NCBI GenBank assembly: GCA_963784785.1
Contig: CAWASW010000001.1
Coordinates: 9,312-73,311, forward strand
Source of the DNA: Candidatus Woesebacteria bacterium
GTDB taxonomy: Bacteria; Patescibacteriota; Microgenomatia; UBA8517
Length of the DNA stretch: 64,000 bases
Direction: 5' to 3'
The translations under genes were made by a program, and so were the position numbers. The notes under the pieces were generated by a model that had not been told where the DNA came from, searched no databases, and was given only the letters and a program-made list of their open reading frames with translations. Below are positions 8,321 through 19,440 of this stretch, in pieces; within the stretch, counting starts at the first letter, position 1, and the number at the start of each line of letters is the position of its first letter.

Positions 8321-11300
8321 TTAGACATTTGGATCAATAAGCTGGCTTACATAGACACTTGAAATAAGTGTGGCATCAATAATTGTATTTGTCTCAAATG
8401 GTATATATCTATTCCCAGTTGAAGACTTTCTTACTCTAATCCTTAAATTGTCAGAAACAGAGGCATTAACTTCCAAGGCAACCGTGCTTGATGAGGCAGT
8501 CCCTGTTGTTAGTTGCGCATCAGTTGTTACATTATAAATTTCATAAGTTGAGCCAGAGATTACATTCGTTAAAGTTAAGGCAACCAAATCAAGCGGATAT
8601 TGGTAACCTTGGGCAGTAGCTGTACTTACAGTTGATATTGCAAGATTAGTTAGTGAATTTGTAGCATTTGAAACAAGTGCCATGAGTCTTACTTTTAATT
8701 TAAATCCAGTTAAGGCTGAAGTTATTGCTTCTCCATTGAGTGCAGAAAAAATCATACTTTGAGAAGTTCCACCTGACACAGAGTTACCTGTAATTGTACA
8801 AGTTGTCATTGCTGCGTTTTTTGCTGTAACCGTTGTACCAAGGGTTAAGTTTCCTGGAGTAGTTAAGTCAAAGACATAATCTCCGACGTTAACACCATAA
8901 AAACTTTGTGTTCCTGTAATTGTAGTTGAAGATTGTGTAACTGTTGTATTAATTGTATATGTTCCAAGACCACCTCTTCCTGTTCCGAATCCGGTAATAA
9001 AATATGTGTTTGCAGTTAGTGAACCACCAGAAAGTAACATATTAAGCATCACAACACCTGATGTAACAGTAGTTACGGTTAAAGTAGTTCCAGAAATATC
9101 TCCAGTAACAACTGCCTTTGTACCGGTTGTAAGTGTTAGAGTTGTAGTATTTGTGACTGCAATATTTGTAACTCCTGGTTCAAGATATAAATTTTTATAA
9201 GTTCCACCAAATCCTGAACCATTATCAATTTGATAGGCAAGCCATTGATTTTGTGGGTTTGTAGAAACCAGTACTGGTGGAGCAGAGGTGGTACTAGAAG
9301 TGAACGCTGTGTGCCCGATTACATAATGCTGATGAGTCCAAGTTAACTGATCACTAGCATTTGGATCTTGAATAACTCCAACGGAATTAAATCCAAAACC
9401 GGTTCCTGCCTGATCAATTGTGTAGGTCGACGCAGACGGTTCGACATTTGTTTTTTCATTACAAGACAATGAAATTTTGCCAGCTGTAGCTGATGAAAAA
9501 TAATCCTGCCAATGGTAACCATAAACAGATGTTTGTCCAGTAGTTGATGCATTTCCCTTTATTCCTTTCATTTGTGCATTAAGTGCACCTAAAATTACGT
9601 TGTCTGCAGTATCTCCCCAAACATTTTCAAATTTTAGTTTATTGATGGAGTTATCAACTGTAGTAAGTGCTGTAAGTCCTGTTGAAAATGCAGACATATA
9701 AACTCTTTTAAATTCAATATTGTTTAACCCTGATCCAGCAGCTGAAACTAAAAGCTGAACGGTAGTATTGGCCGAACCTGCACTAAGAGGAGTTGTAGCC
9801 GTTCCTATATTTCTAACTTTGATATTAATACACCCTGTGATAATTTGAAACATCCCAGTTAGCGGTTGTAAATTAGTAAGCCCAAAGAAATCAACTCCGT
9901 CAATTTTAATTGTGTTACTGTTAGCGCTTAGTGAAAATACATAAGTACCTACTGTTGAACCTGTTGTGCCGCTGATTAAATCTCTATACGATGTCGTCGT
10001 AAATGTAATATCGGTACATGTAACAATAGACATTACTGCACCAGTATTGTCTGTGTTTGTAAATGTAAATCCATTACATCTTGTTAATAATAAATTTGTA
10101 CTGGTTGCAGATCGCCTAATTGGATAGACCCTCATCGTTAGATTTACAAAATCAAAATCAAAACAGTCGGTAAAAGTAGTTCTTGAGACAGCAGTTGTAC
10201 CTGAAGTGGCGACGTGACTATTAAGGGACAAATCAGTAATAGTTCCACCAGCAAAGCAAAGTGAAACAGCAAGGGGAAGAAGTGCTGCGTTTGTGGCTGC
10301 AATACCATTTCCACAACCAACCCGAGTCATTGTAAGAGGTGTGGCAAGCTCTGAAATAAGCATGATGTCCATGTATTGCATGTCGACTAAACTAATTGAA
10401 TAACATTGGGCCATGTTGAAATACCAAGTAGTTGATAGCCTATCTATATTTATGACAGCTGCCTGAGTTGTTGCCAGCTCATATCTATTGGCTGCAGTTG
10501 CTGACGGAGCTGAATTTGCATTTGCTCCAGTAGTTACAGCTTTTGTGCTATTCATCGTTACGACATTTGGAACTCTTATTTTAAGTCCGCTTACAGGTAA
10601 ATAACCGTTATTATTTGTTCCGTCACTTCCAATACGAAGTAACCCTTGTGAAGAAATCCAACAGACCTTGCCGGTCTCAGCATTTGTTGCAACTGTTCCC
10701 ACGGCCGCTGCAAGCCCTGTTGACGGGTAAAATTCATAAGCGTCTGATCCTACAGATGTTTCAATCCAAACTCCTGGGTAGTATGTATTTGCAAGTGTTG
10801 CAGGCAACTGAATTTGTTGATTTGCTACACCTGAAGTACAAATTTGGGTTGAAAAATCTCCTTGGACAGATGCACTTCCCCCGGGGTCAGAAAGCATTGT
10901 GTAGGTTAAAGTATCAGCCGTGGGAACTGATACAACAGTAAATGTGCCATTATATGCAGAAGGTGTAGCGCCTGTAACTGTAATAATACTTCCAACATCT
11001 ACACCGTGAGCAACTAATGTCAAAGTCGCCGTAGTTGTGACATTTGTAATTGTTGTCGATGTTTTTGAAATTAGCCGTGGATAGAACCAATCTCCAGTAA
11101 CCACAAAACTACCAAGTCTTGGAACCGTTAACGTTCCTGCCCCTGCATTATCAGTTCCTCCTGCAATTTCTATCCAACCAGTAAACTCCGGTGTAATTGC
11201 AGTTAATGCCGGAGTTGTACCACCTTCAATAGTTAGTGCACCTCGTGCAAAATTACCACCATTTACATTTTTTACTTTAACCCAGCCGTTTGCTGCCATT

Positions 11301-12163
11301 GCCGCTGCACCATTTGTTCCTGTGGGGTTGGGAAGTGCGTTAAAAGCTGACCAGATACCCAAGAAATTTGAATTAATATTTTTAGTAACTGTTCCAAAGG
11401 CAGAGCCTGATCCTCCAGGGTCAGCTCCTAACCAATAATCAACTGTGTCGGTTGTTGCAGCAACAACAGCAAATGTTCCGTTGTAACCTGCAGGAGTTAC
11501 TCCAGCAACAGCTATCAAATCTCCAACAACGAGGCCATGACCAGCGGACGTTATTTGTGCCACCCATGGTATTGCAGCTCCTGATACAGTCGCGACTGTA
11601 ATAGTTAATGCGTTTCCTGTTGGTTGATAACATCTGAAATATCTTACAAATTTACCGTTCGTTATAGTTGAAGTCCCTGGATCCGTTGAAACTGGATATT
11701 TCATTGTAGTTGATGTTGCTGCAATTGCATTGAATCTTCCGTTGTAACCATTAGGAACAACTGCCCCCATAACTCCACCAACTCTAATCGAGTAAATTGT
11801 TCCAAGAGTTAAGCCGTGGGCCGCCGTTGTGATAGTTACAATTCCAGATGCATATGATGCCGCCGAAATTGCGATGCCTAAAAATAATGCAGGAGGCGTA
11901 CCCGAACCAGATTTATATGGAATAAGCTCGACCGCAGTTCCATCAAAAATTACATCCCCTCCTGTAGTAGGGGAAATTGTAGTGTTATCAAACGATCCAT
12001 TGTTTCCCGTAGCAGCCCCAACATGGCTTGAGCAGTATCTGGTATCAGTATCAACAACTAACTGTGCATTATTGTTAATTGAGAATAAGTTAATTGTGGT
12101 GCTTGCTGTCTGTCCAAATAAGCAATCGTAATTTATATCTGCGTTTATTGTAATTGTTGCCAT
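8321..12163 (-). CDS. Giant Thr/Ser/Gly-rich fibre-like protein with three FCCH-like barrels and a beta-helix, no signal peptide
   Basis: 1280 aa; three repeats HG.{2}G..I.V.G..P..YNG.F; central beta-helical periodicity; C-terminal LRIRVRK...Y.PFET. Confidence 0.7.
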   Translation of the reverse strand: MATITINADINYDCLFGQTASTTINLFSINNNAQLVVDTDTRYCSSHVGAATGNNGSFDNTTISPTTGGDVIFDGTAVELIPYKSGSGTPPALFLGIAISAASYASGIVTITTAAHGLTLGTIYSIRVGGVMGAVVPNGYNGRFNAIAATSTTMKYPVSTDPGTSTITNGKFVRYFRCYQPTGNALTITVATVSGAAIPWVAQITSAGHGLVVGDLIAVAGVTPAGYNGTFAVVAATTDTVDYWLGADPGGSGSAFGTVTKNINSNFLGIWSAFNALPNPTGTNGAAAMAANGWVKVKNVNGGNFARGALTIEGGTTPALTAITPEFTGWIEIAGGTDNAGAGTLTVPRLGSFVVTGDWFYPRLISKTSTTITNVTTTATLTLVAHGVDVGSIITVTGATPSAYNGTFTVVSVPTADTLTYTMLSDPGGSASVQGDFSTQICTSGVANQQIQLPATLANTYYPGVWIETSVGSDAYEFYPSTGLAAAVGTVATNAETGKVCWISSQGLLRIGSDGTNNNGYLPVSGLKIRVPNVVTMNSTKAVTTGANANSAPSATAANRYELATTQAAVINIDRLSTTWYFNMAQCYSISLVDMQYMDIMLISELATPLTMTRVGCGNGIAATNAALLPLAVSLCFAGGTITDLSLNSHVATSGTTAVSRTTFTDCFDFDFVNLTMRVYPIRRSATSTNLLLTRCNGFTFTNTDNTGAVMSIVTCTDITFTTTSYRDLISGTTGSTVGTYVFSLSANSNTIKIDGVDFFGLTNLQPLTGMFQIITGCINIKVRNIGTATTPLSAGSANTTVQLLVSAAGSGLNNIEFKRVYMSAFSTGLTALTTVDNSINKLKFENVWGDTADNVILGALNAQMKGIKGNASTTGQTSVYGYHWQDYFSSATAGKISLSCNEKTNVEPSASTYTIDQAGTGFGFNSVGVIQDPNASDQLTWTHQHYVIGHTAFTSSTTSAPPVLVSTNPQNQWLAYQIDNGSGFGGTYKNLYLEPGVTNIAVTNTTTLTLTTGTKAVVTGDISGTTLTVTTVTSGVVMLNMLLSGGSLTANTYFITGFGTGRGGLGTYTINTTVTQSSTTITGTQSFYGVNVGDYVFDLTTPGNLTLGTTVTAKNAAMTTCTITGNSVSGGTSQSMIFSALNGEAITSALTGFKLKVRLMALVSNATNSLTNLAISTVSTATAQGYQYPLDLVALTLTNVISGSTYEIYNVTTDAQLTTGTASSSTVALEVNASVSDNLRIRVRKSSTGNRYIPFETNTIIDATLISSVYVSQLIDPNV

Positions 12164-12165
12164 AG

Positions 12166-13245
12166 TTAATTAGATTTAATCTTTTTTCTGCTTTTCAGTA
12201 ATCTTTTAATTTCTAGATCAAAATCAGATACATAATTTTTATCTTGAACTTTTCTATATTTCTCAAATTCTTGTTCTGCAAGCGCCGTTGCAACTTCATG
12301 GCTAACTTTACCTGCATTTTTTAAAATTCCTTTTCCCAATAATAACAAATATTCGTCAAGTTTAAGTATCCAATCTTTCATAGTCATTGTGAGTTCATCT
12401 CTTGCTTGTATTTCGGCAAATGATAAATAAGCATCGACTATTCGATTTAGTTTTTCAAGTTCGTTTTGATTAAGATAATTTTTGGCGATAGAAATATCTT
12501 TCTGAATAGGGTGGAGCCCTGAAAAATTTGTAAGTCCCATAATGGGTTTATTACTATCCGCACGTTCTGCAATTATTTCTGCAGCAGTCTTACCAGTTAC
12601 AGCAAAATGCATTTTATTTTGAACAGTTTTAAAAAACAGATCAGTTTCTTTTGCATCTTTGCGATAATCAATTGCAGTTGCATAGATATCAGTTACCTTT
12701 TGATACAACACCCGCTCACTTGAACGAATGTCTCTGATTCTTTCCAAAAGCTCTTCAAAATAACGAGATTTATATCCACCTTGTTTTAAACGAGTGTCAT
12801 CCATAGTAAAACCCTTGACCATATATTCCTTTATTTTTTCAGTGGCCCATTGACGGAACAAGGTTCCACGAGTTGAATTAACTCGATAACCAAGTGCGAC
12901 AACGGCCTCCAAACTATACATTTTAGTTACATATTTTTTCTTGTCACGAGCAGTTGTCAAGAAATCCTTGACAACTGAAATTTGATCTAATTCATTTTCC
13001 TTAAATATATTTTTGAGGTGAAGACTAACGTTTTGCTTTGTTGTGTCAAAAAGTTCAGCCATGAGTTTTTGTGATAACCAAACATTTTCGTGTTCAAAAC
13101 GAACTTCAACTCTAGTTTTGCCATTATCTGTTTGGTAGATAATAATTTGTGATGATCTGTTTTCCATGGTATTGGTAGATATTTGAACTTGTAAGAATTC
13201 CTTACAAGTTGAACTGTCGAGAAATCCTCGGTAGTTAATTATCAT
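12166..13245 (-). CDS. Virulence RhuM family protein (probable start ATG 13167)
   Basis: [66 protein letters not shown]. Confidence 0.92.
   Translation of the reverse strand: MIINYRGFLDSSTCKEFLQVQISTNTMENRSSQIIIYQTDNGKTRVEVRFEHENVWLSQKLMAELFDTTKQNVSLHLKNIFKENELDQISVVKDFLTTARDKKKYVTKMYSLEAVVALGYRVNSTRGTLFRQWATEKIKEYMVKGFTMDDTRLKQGGYKSRYFEELLERIRDIRSSERVLYQKVTDIYATAIDYRKDAKETDLFFKTVQNKMHFAVTGKTAAEIIAERADSNKPIMGLTNFSGLHPIQKDISIAKNYLNQNELEKLNRIVDAYLSFAEIQARDELTMTMKDWILKLDEYLLLLGKGILKNAGKVSHEVATALAEQEFEKYRKVQDKNYVSDFDLEIKRLLKSRKKIKSN
13186..13236. promoter_or_regulatory. Two tandem palindromes (10-bp arms, 5-nt spacer) upstream of rhuM, candidate operators
   Basis: AACTTGTAAG-AATTC-CTTACAAGTT (perfect) and AACTGTCGAG-AAATC-CTCGGTAGTT (8/10). 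Confidence 0.6.
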
Positions 13246-13284
13246 TGTATACTGAATTAATTTTCAAAAAAAGTATGTTAATTA

Positions 13285-15036
13285 ATGTTAAACTTACAAA
13301 AAATGAAAGTTACGGATTTGATTCAAAAAGGGAACGAAAATGCAGTAACAGGTAACTATAAACTTGCGATAAATTTTTACAAAAAGGTCATAAAAATAGA
13401 TCCAAAAAATGTTATTGCCTGGGGTAATTTAGGCTCAATGCAGGAAAAAATAGGACAAGATGAAGAAGCCTTGTACTCAATAAAAAAGGCAATTGAATAT
13501 GGTCCAGATTATGAAATTGGACTTTACAACTTAGCTCTTCTTTTAATTAAACTAAAAAGGTCAGAAGAAGCTCTAGTTTACCTTGATCGGGCAATTTCAT
13601 TAAATCCTAATAAAATTGATGCGCATTTTAATAAAGGTATCGCAATGCAACGTTTGGGAAATACCGAGGAACAGCTAAAGTCTTTTGAGAAAGTTCTTCA
13701 AATTAAACCAGATTATCCAGATATCATGAATAGATTATGGTTTCTGTACCGTCAAGTGGGAGACTTTGGGAAAGCAGAAAAATTAGAGTTTAAATTGGGT
13801 CAAGGGCATGATCCATTCATAAGTTTAGTTAAATCAGAAGATCCAAAGGAAAACTTGGAGGTAGCCAAAAAAGTTTCTGGTAAGTTATCTGGTTTTGCTC
13901 TAAATTCTAAAATTAAATTTAAATATTCCAAGAGTTCTAAAATTAGACTTGGCTATTTTTCTAATGACTTGAAAGAACACCCAGTTGGCCAAATGGTCTC
14001 TTCAATGTTTAAACATCATGATAGAAATAAGTTTGAAGTTGTGGCCCTATCATACGGTAAAGATGATGGCGGTGAAATAAGAAAAACAATTAAAAAAAAC
14101 GTAGATGAATTTGTAGATTTATCCGGCAGAATGACGGATTTTGAAATGGCCAAGATTATAAATAGTAAAAAAATAGATATCCTGATTGAAATGACAGGGT
14201 ATACAAAAGACACAAGGCTTGGTGTTGCAAGTTTTAGGCCTGCTCCAATTCAACTTCACTTTCTTGGTTTTCCAGGAACACTTGGGGCTGATTTTATAGA
14301 TTATGCAATAGTTGACGAAATAGTTGTTCCCAAAAACGAACAGATTTATTTTACTGAAAAACTTTTGTATTTACCAAGATGTTATCAAGTAAACAGCGAA
14401 GTTAAAATACTAGACAAAATTTACAAAAGAGAGGACTTTGGATTACCCAAAACAGGTTTTGTCTTTGGGTCATTTAATCAGATTTATAAGATAGACAAAA
14501 CAATTTTTACTGTTTGGATGAATATTTTAAAAAGAGTTCCTGAAAGCGTTTTGTGGCTTTTGAACCAATTTCCAGAGTGTGAGATAAATTTAAAAAAAGA
14601 AGCAAAAAGGCAGGGAGTTGATCCTAAACGAATAATATTTGGAAAACATATGCCAAAGTCAGAACATTTAGGACGGCTAAAGTTAACAGATTTGGGGCTA
14701 GATACAATTAATTATGGAGGCCATACAACGACAACTGATTATTTATGGAGCGGAGTACCTGTTATTACAAAATTTGGAAGCCATTTTGCCTCCCGAGTTT
14801 GTTCATCAATTTTATCTGAAGTTGGGTTAAATGAATTAATCGTCAAGGATTTAGAAGCATATGAAGATTTAGCTGTAGAGCTTTCAAATAATCCCAAGAA
14901 ATTAAATAAATATAAAGCTATAATAACTCAAAGTAATTTAAAAACAAACCTATTTGATACAAGTGGGTTTGTCAAAGATTTAGAAAAGATATACACAAAA
15001 ATATATGCTAGATATCACAGAAAAAAGACTAATTAA
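13285..15036 (+). CDS. TPR-containing GT41 (SPINDLY/OGT-like) glycosyltransferase
   Basis: N-terminal TPRs; RLGYFSNDLKEHPVG, RPAPIQ...GFPGTLG, FGSFNQIYKI, LDT..YGGHTT..D.LWSGVPVIT. Confidence 0.92.
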   Translation: MLNLQKMKVTDLIQKGNENAVTGNYKLAINFYKKVIKIDPKNVIAWGNLGSMQEKIGQDEEALYSIKKAIEYGPDYEIGLYNLALLLIKLKRSEEALVYLDRAISLNPNKIDAHFNKGIAMQRLGNTEEQLKSFEKVLQIKPDYPDIMNRLWFLYRQVGDFGKAEKLEFKLGQGHDPFISLVKSEDPKENLEVAKKVSGKLSGFALNSKIKFKYSKSSKIRLGYFSNDLKEHPVGQMVSSMFKHHDRNKFEVVALSYGKDDGGEIRKTIKKNVDEFVDLSGRMTDFEMAKIINSKKIDILIEMTGYTKDTRLGVASFRPAPIQLHFLGFPGTLGADFIDYAIVDEIVVPKNEQIYFTEKLLYLPRCYQVNSEVKILDKIYKREDFGLPKTGFVFGSFNQIYKIDKTIFTVWMNILKRVPESVLWLLNQFPECEINLKKEAKRQGVDPKRIIFGKHMPKSEHLGRLKLTDLGLDTINYGGHTTTTDYLWSGVPVITKFGSHFASRVCSSILSEVGLNELIVKDLEAYEDLAVELSNNPKKLNKYKAIITQSNLKTNLFDTSGFVKDLEKIYTKIYARYHRKKTN

Positions 15037-15643
15037 ATTAAAAGATTTAGGTTTTGTGCCGAGAACAGTTTTGGATATTGGTGCATATGTAGGGGACTGG
15101 ACTAAGATGGTTAAAAATATTTGGCCGGCTTCAGAATTTATTATGATTGAAGCAAATGAAGAAGTTGCGCCCAATGGCGCCACTGTTGCACTCTTGGGTA
15201 GAAATGAAGGAAAAGTTACTTATTATAAAACTTCAAATGAATTTAAAACTGGAAACTCAATTTTTTTAGAGCAAACTAGTTATTTCAAAAATAGTGAGAA
15301 AAGAATTTTAGATATGCAGACATTGGATAAATTGGCAATTAAAAACAAATGGAAAAATATAGATTTTATTAAAATTGATACTCAAGGTTCAGAACTAGAA
15401 ATTATTGCAGGTGGATTAAAAACTATTAAAAAGTGCGAGTTCGTACTCTTGGAAACACAAAATTTAACATATAATTTAGGTGCTCCAAAAACGCTAGAGG
15501 TGATGAATAAAATGGATGAACTAGGATTTACTCTCTTTGATATTACAGAACTACACCACATTCCAACAGGGGAAATGCAGGGAGTGGATATGCTTTTTAC
15601 AAGTAAAAAGTCAGAGTTTATTAAGAAGGGATTGTTGTGGTAA
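15005..15643 (+). CDS. FkbM family methyltransferase
   Basis: VLDIGAYVG, IEAN, IDFIKIDTQGSEL. Confidence 0.9.
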   Translation: MLDITEKRLIKLKDLGFVPRTVLDIGAYVGDWTKMVKNIWPASEFIMIEANEEVAPNGATVALLGRNEGKVTYYKTSNEFKTGNSIFLEQTSYFKNSEKRILDMQTLDKLAIKNKWKNIDFIKIDTQGSELEIIAGGLKTIKKCEFVLLETQNLTYNLGAPKTLEVMNKMDELGFTLFDITELHHIPTGEMQGVDMLFTSKKSEFIKKGLLW

Positions 15644-16698
15644 AAGTGTTAAAAATTGGCTTTGTCAATTTTACACCACTTAAATATGATGTTGATACAC
15701 CACTTCAGGAGCCTTTAGGAGGTTCAGAATCTGCAATGTGCTATCTTGCCGTTCAAATGGCAAGGGATGGACATAGAGTTACACTTTTTAGAAGAAATGA
15801 AGAAGAATTTACTAAAAGTGGGGTACTACATAAATCAGTAAATAAAATAATTACCACCGACCTTGATTTTTTAATTATACAAAACACTCCATTTTTTGGG
15901 TTACAAATAAAAGAAAAAATTAATCCTAAAACAAAGTTAATATATTGGTCACAACATGCCTCAAATCAACCTGCTGTGGAATGTCTTAAAGACTCTAAGT
16001 TCCAAGATATTTACGATGCAATACTACTTTTAAGTGATTACCAAATTGAGGATTATAAAAATGCATTTAAAATTAACCCAACCAAAATAATTAAATTTAA
16101 AAACGCAATTTCACCAGCTTTTGAGAATTTAAATATAGAAAATAAAATCCCATGGTCATATTGCTACACCAGCACGCCATTTAGAGGATTAAAGCTTTTG
16201 CCAGAACTATTTACAAGAGTAAGAGAGGTTAATATTAAGGCAAAACTATTTGTGCATTCAAGCATGGGTACTTATCAAGGAGATAATACAGTGGAGGAAG
16301 AATACCAAGAAATTTATACGGCTATCAAAAACACTGATGGTGCGGTATATAGTGGTTCAATTTCGCAAACTGAACTTTCCGATAAATTATCAAAATATGA
16401 ATATTTGGCCTATCCCAATATTTTTGCTGAAACTTCTTGTATTTCTGTAATGGAAGCTATGGCGGCCGGTTGTCAGGTCGTTACCACCGATCTTGGTGCA
16501 CTACCTGAAACTTCAGCTGGGTTTGCAAGACTTATTAAAATTACAGGTAATGAGGAGGAGTACAAAAGTAGTTTTGTGCGGGAAATGCAAAAACCAATTG
16601 ATAAAAATAGGATAGAAGAACAGGTCAAATTTGTAAGAGAAAATTATACTTGGAAAGTTAGATCTAAAGAGTTGTATACTTTATTACAGAATGTTTGA
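15637..16698 (+). CDS. GT4 family glycosyltransferase
   Basis: PLGGSES, YTSTPFRGL, ETSCISVMEAMAAG..VVTT..GALPE. Confidence 0.9.
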   Translation: MVKVLKIGFVNFTPLKYDVDTPLQEPLGGSESAMCYLAVQMARDGHRVTLFRRNEEEFTKSGVLHKSVNKIITTDLDFLIIQNTPFFGLQIKEKINPKTKLIYWSQHASNQPAVECLKDSKFQDIYDAILLLSDYQIEDYKNAFKINPTKIIKFKNAISPAFENLNIENKIPWSYCYTSTPFRGLKLLPELFTRVREVNIKAKLFVHSSMGTYQGDNTVEEEYQEIYTAIKNTDGAVYSGSISQTELSDKLSKYEYLAYPNIFAETSCISVMEAMAAGCQVVTTDLGALPETSAGFARLIKITGNEEEYKSSFVREMQKPIDKNRIEEQVKFVRENYTWKVRSKELYTLLQNV

Positions 16699-18966
16699 TT
16701 TTTTAAATTTCTTTGTAGCTGCTGCCATTTCTTCTTGTACGGTATCCGTTAATCCTGCAAGCTTTGAAAATAATATATCTGATACATTAAATTTTAGTAT
16801 TTCAAATAATGATGAAACAGGTAATCCGATAAGATATATCAGAATTACTTCTCCGTCCTCCAACTTTGTTATAACTTCAGCAAATGGGCCTCAAATTACA
16901 GGCGCTGGAATTAGTGACCAAACAGCAAATATCAAAGTCAATGATATTGATTCTGGTGGGTCTGTTGATATTGGCCTTGGTGTAAATACATTAAATGCAC
17001 AAAATCAGGCTAGCTGGAGTGTTTCTGTTACAGACGATGTTGATGGTAATAATTTAGTTGGGTGCAGTGGAGATACCGGAGTTACCATTACTTCACCTGG
17101 GCAAGCCACGGTAGTAATATCTAATTTATCTGTTGCTGTTTCTGATAGCAGCGCCACAATGTCATGGAGTACAGCGGTTTCTGCCAGTACAATTGTAGAA
17201 TATGGAAAGACCGAGCAATATGGAAGTACCGCAACAGGAACCTCAGAGACTAATCATTCTATAAATTTACCAAGTCTATCTGCAGATACTCAGTATTATT
17301 ACCGTGTAACAAATACTGATGCAGTTGGGAATGTAGCACAAGTCTCAGGAAATTTTAGAACTGCGGTGGCAGGAATAAATACTGAAACAATAGTCACAAC
17401 AACTACGACGGTTACTAATACTGTAAATGTTACAAAAACTTTAGTAGATACTACGCCACCAACAATTCGATTTAAAACTACATTTAAAAAAATATATGAA
17501 GAGGCACCTTTAATTGAAATAGTTTCAACCGATGGGACGGGGATAGCAAGAGTTGAATATTCAATAGATGGGGGAAAGAACTACATACCTATCGGCATTG
17601 AAACTGTTGGAAGTAAACAATTAGTTTCAGAATTTACTCCAGACGCAGTCGAAGATGGAGATTATTCATTACAGGTTAGAGTGACCGATACTACGGGAAA
17701 TAGGACTCTATCTAAAGAAATAAAATTTACGATAGACAGGCTCCCCCGAGACCGTTACATTTCGGTCTCCTAAAACACACTGATTTTACTATACTTTCGG
17801 CCTAAAAAGGTAGTTTCACTAAGTAAACGCTTCTACAACCAATTTCAGCATTGTCCGAGTAATCGGACGAAAGTGTTATTATTTTAACGAAAAACAACAA
17901 ATCATTTAAGGCTAAACAAGTGACCGTTTATGCAACGGTATCGGCTCCCCCCGCGTGTTGGGCCTCTTACAGTCATGGCTGGGCCAATTTCTATAAATAG
18001 CGGTATCTCCGAAATAACGGAATTATTGGTAGGTGTTGAGTATAAATTTATACTAACTGCAGCAGGAGGACCTAATAAAATTAATATGAAATGTAAAGAC
18101 AATATTTATAAATTTACAAAAAATAACGACGTAGGAGTTTGGACAACTAAAGTTAAGTTTTCAGAAGAAGGACAATATTTACCTGAAATAGTTGCAGAGG
18201 ACGGAGCAGGAAACATAGAAACAGTGAACAGTGAACAATTGAAAGTTAACGGTTTAGGAAAACTCAAAAATGGAATAATCACTGTTTACTGGTACGATAA
18301 TTTTGAGAAAAAATTTGTGAAGTGGGATGCAGAACCTTATGGACAAGTTAATCCAATTAATACTAATGACTTAGCTGGTTATTCTATATTGTTACCAAGT
18401 GGAAAGTATTATCTTGAGGCAAAAGCTATTGGAAAAAGAACAAGTGTAACTAATATTATAGAGACTCATGAAACAGTTTATATAAATGACGATTGGGAGC
18501 TATCACCGTCATGGAAATTTTGGCAATTTAGAGAACAGAAAATTGTTAATCCTAAAAAGCTTGGTAATGAATCTTGGAAGGATGTTAGTTTTGCTCTTCC
18601 AAAAGTTAACTTAAATAATTTATCGACCTTAGATATTCGAGGAAAAAAACAGTTGTCAGTTTGTTATCTTCATGGCATCCATCTACAAATGATTATCTAA
18701 AAGTAATCGATGAATTAATTAAAAATAAATATAGTGCTTTCCCAATTTTGGTGCAAGAAAAAGAGACATCTGCAACAGCTCTCGAAAGAAGAGGCAAATA
18801 TGGAGCTAATATTTATGCTGATCCAGACGGAGAGATTTTAAATGAAGTTGTCATCTCTGGTTTGCCAACAACTTGGATAGTCAATAGATTTGGACAGGTT
18901 GTAAAAACAAAGGTAGGTGGAATATCCTTTCAGGAAGTGCTTGAAGTACTGAATAGTATAGATTAA
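16691..18966 (+). pseudogene. FN3/Ig-like surface protein with C-terminal thioredoxin-like domain, split by a MITE and an A7 frameshift
   Basis: Removing the MITE and one TSD restores ..IDRLPPRVGP..; one extra A at 18643-18649 joins RGKK to TVVSLLSSWHPS; FN3 motif VEYG.T..YG...LSADTQYYYRV. Confidence 0.8.
17748..17942. mobile_element. 195-bp MITE, copy 1
   Basis: TIRs GAGACCGTTACATTTCGGTCTC / rc GATACCGTTGCATAAACGGTCAC; 9-bp TSD GGCTCCCCC (17739-17747, 17943-17951). Confidence 0.95.
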
Positions 18967-18996
18967 CAGATTGCTTCACTTTTGTTCGCAATGACA
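18967..18996. repeat. REP-like short repeat (GATTGC..CGCAATGACA family), degenerate copy
   Basis: Similar to 63914-63944 and to the reverse complement of 49078-49106; lies between convergent genes. Confidence 0.7.
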
Positions 18997-19064
18997 CACA
19001 TAAAAGTATGTACTAAAAGTTATTGGCTTATCAAATTGGGAGTTAGTGCAAGAACAGTCAAACG

Positions 19065-19394
19065 CTATATCAAGTTAATTAATTTCTGGATTTCCTGCAT
19101 GTGTTTTTGAATTGTTTCTTGGTCACGAAAATTTTTTGAAAAATTAGCTAGCCATGGTAATGTTTTCAATATTGATTCTTTTGTTGGATTATCAAAATCT
19201 CCGTTAGTTTCCTCAAAAGCTTGGCTTATAATTTGGGTACAATACAGCCTATTGGAAGTTTCATCAACCTTTTCAGTTAAGTCTGATATCTCTGTTTGAT
19301 TACAATGGGCATCGTAGAAACAACTAACTAAAGCACCTTTTACCATTTCTGGAGTAATTTCTTTTGTTGTATCAATGCTGTAAATCAAACTCAT
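19065..19394 (-). CDS. Hypothetical small helical protein
   Basis: 109 aa, CF..AH and GDFDNPTKE motifs; TACAAT 7 nt before ATG. Confidence 0.75.
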   Translation of the reverse strand: MSLIYSIDTTKEITPEMVKGALVSCFYDAHCNQTEISDLTEKVDETSNRLYCTQIISQAFEETNGDFDNPTKESILKTLPWLANFSKNFRDQETIQKHMQEIQKLINLI

Positions 19395-19440
19395 TAGTTT
19401 AATTGTACTACAAATAATGTATTATTAAATAATACTGCCC

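Noticed and set aside
1561-12163. Intact prophage
   Set aside because: No terminase, portal, capsid, tape measure, lysis or catalytic integrase genes; interleaved with host-type genes
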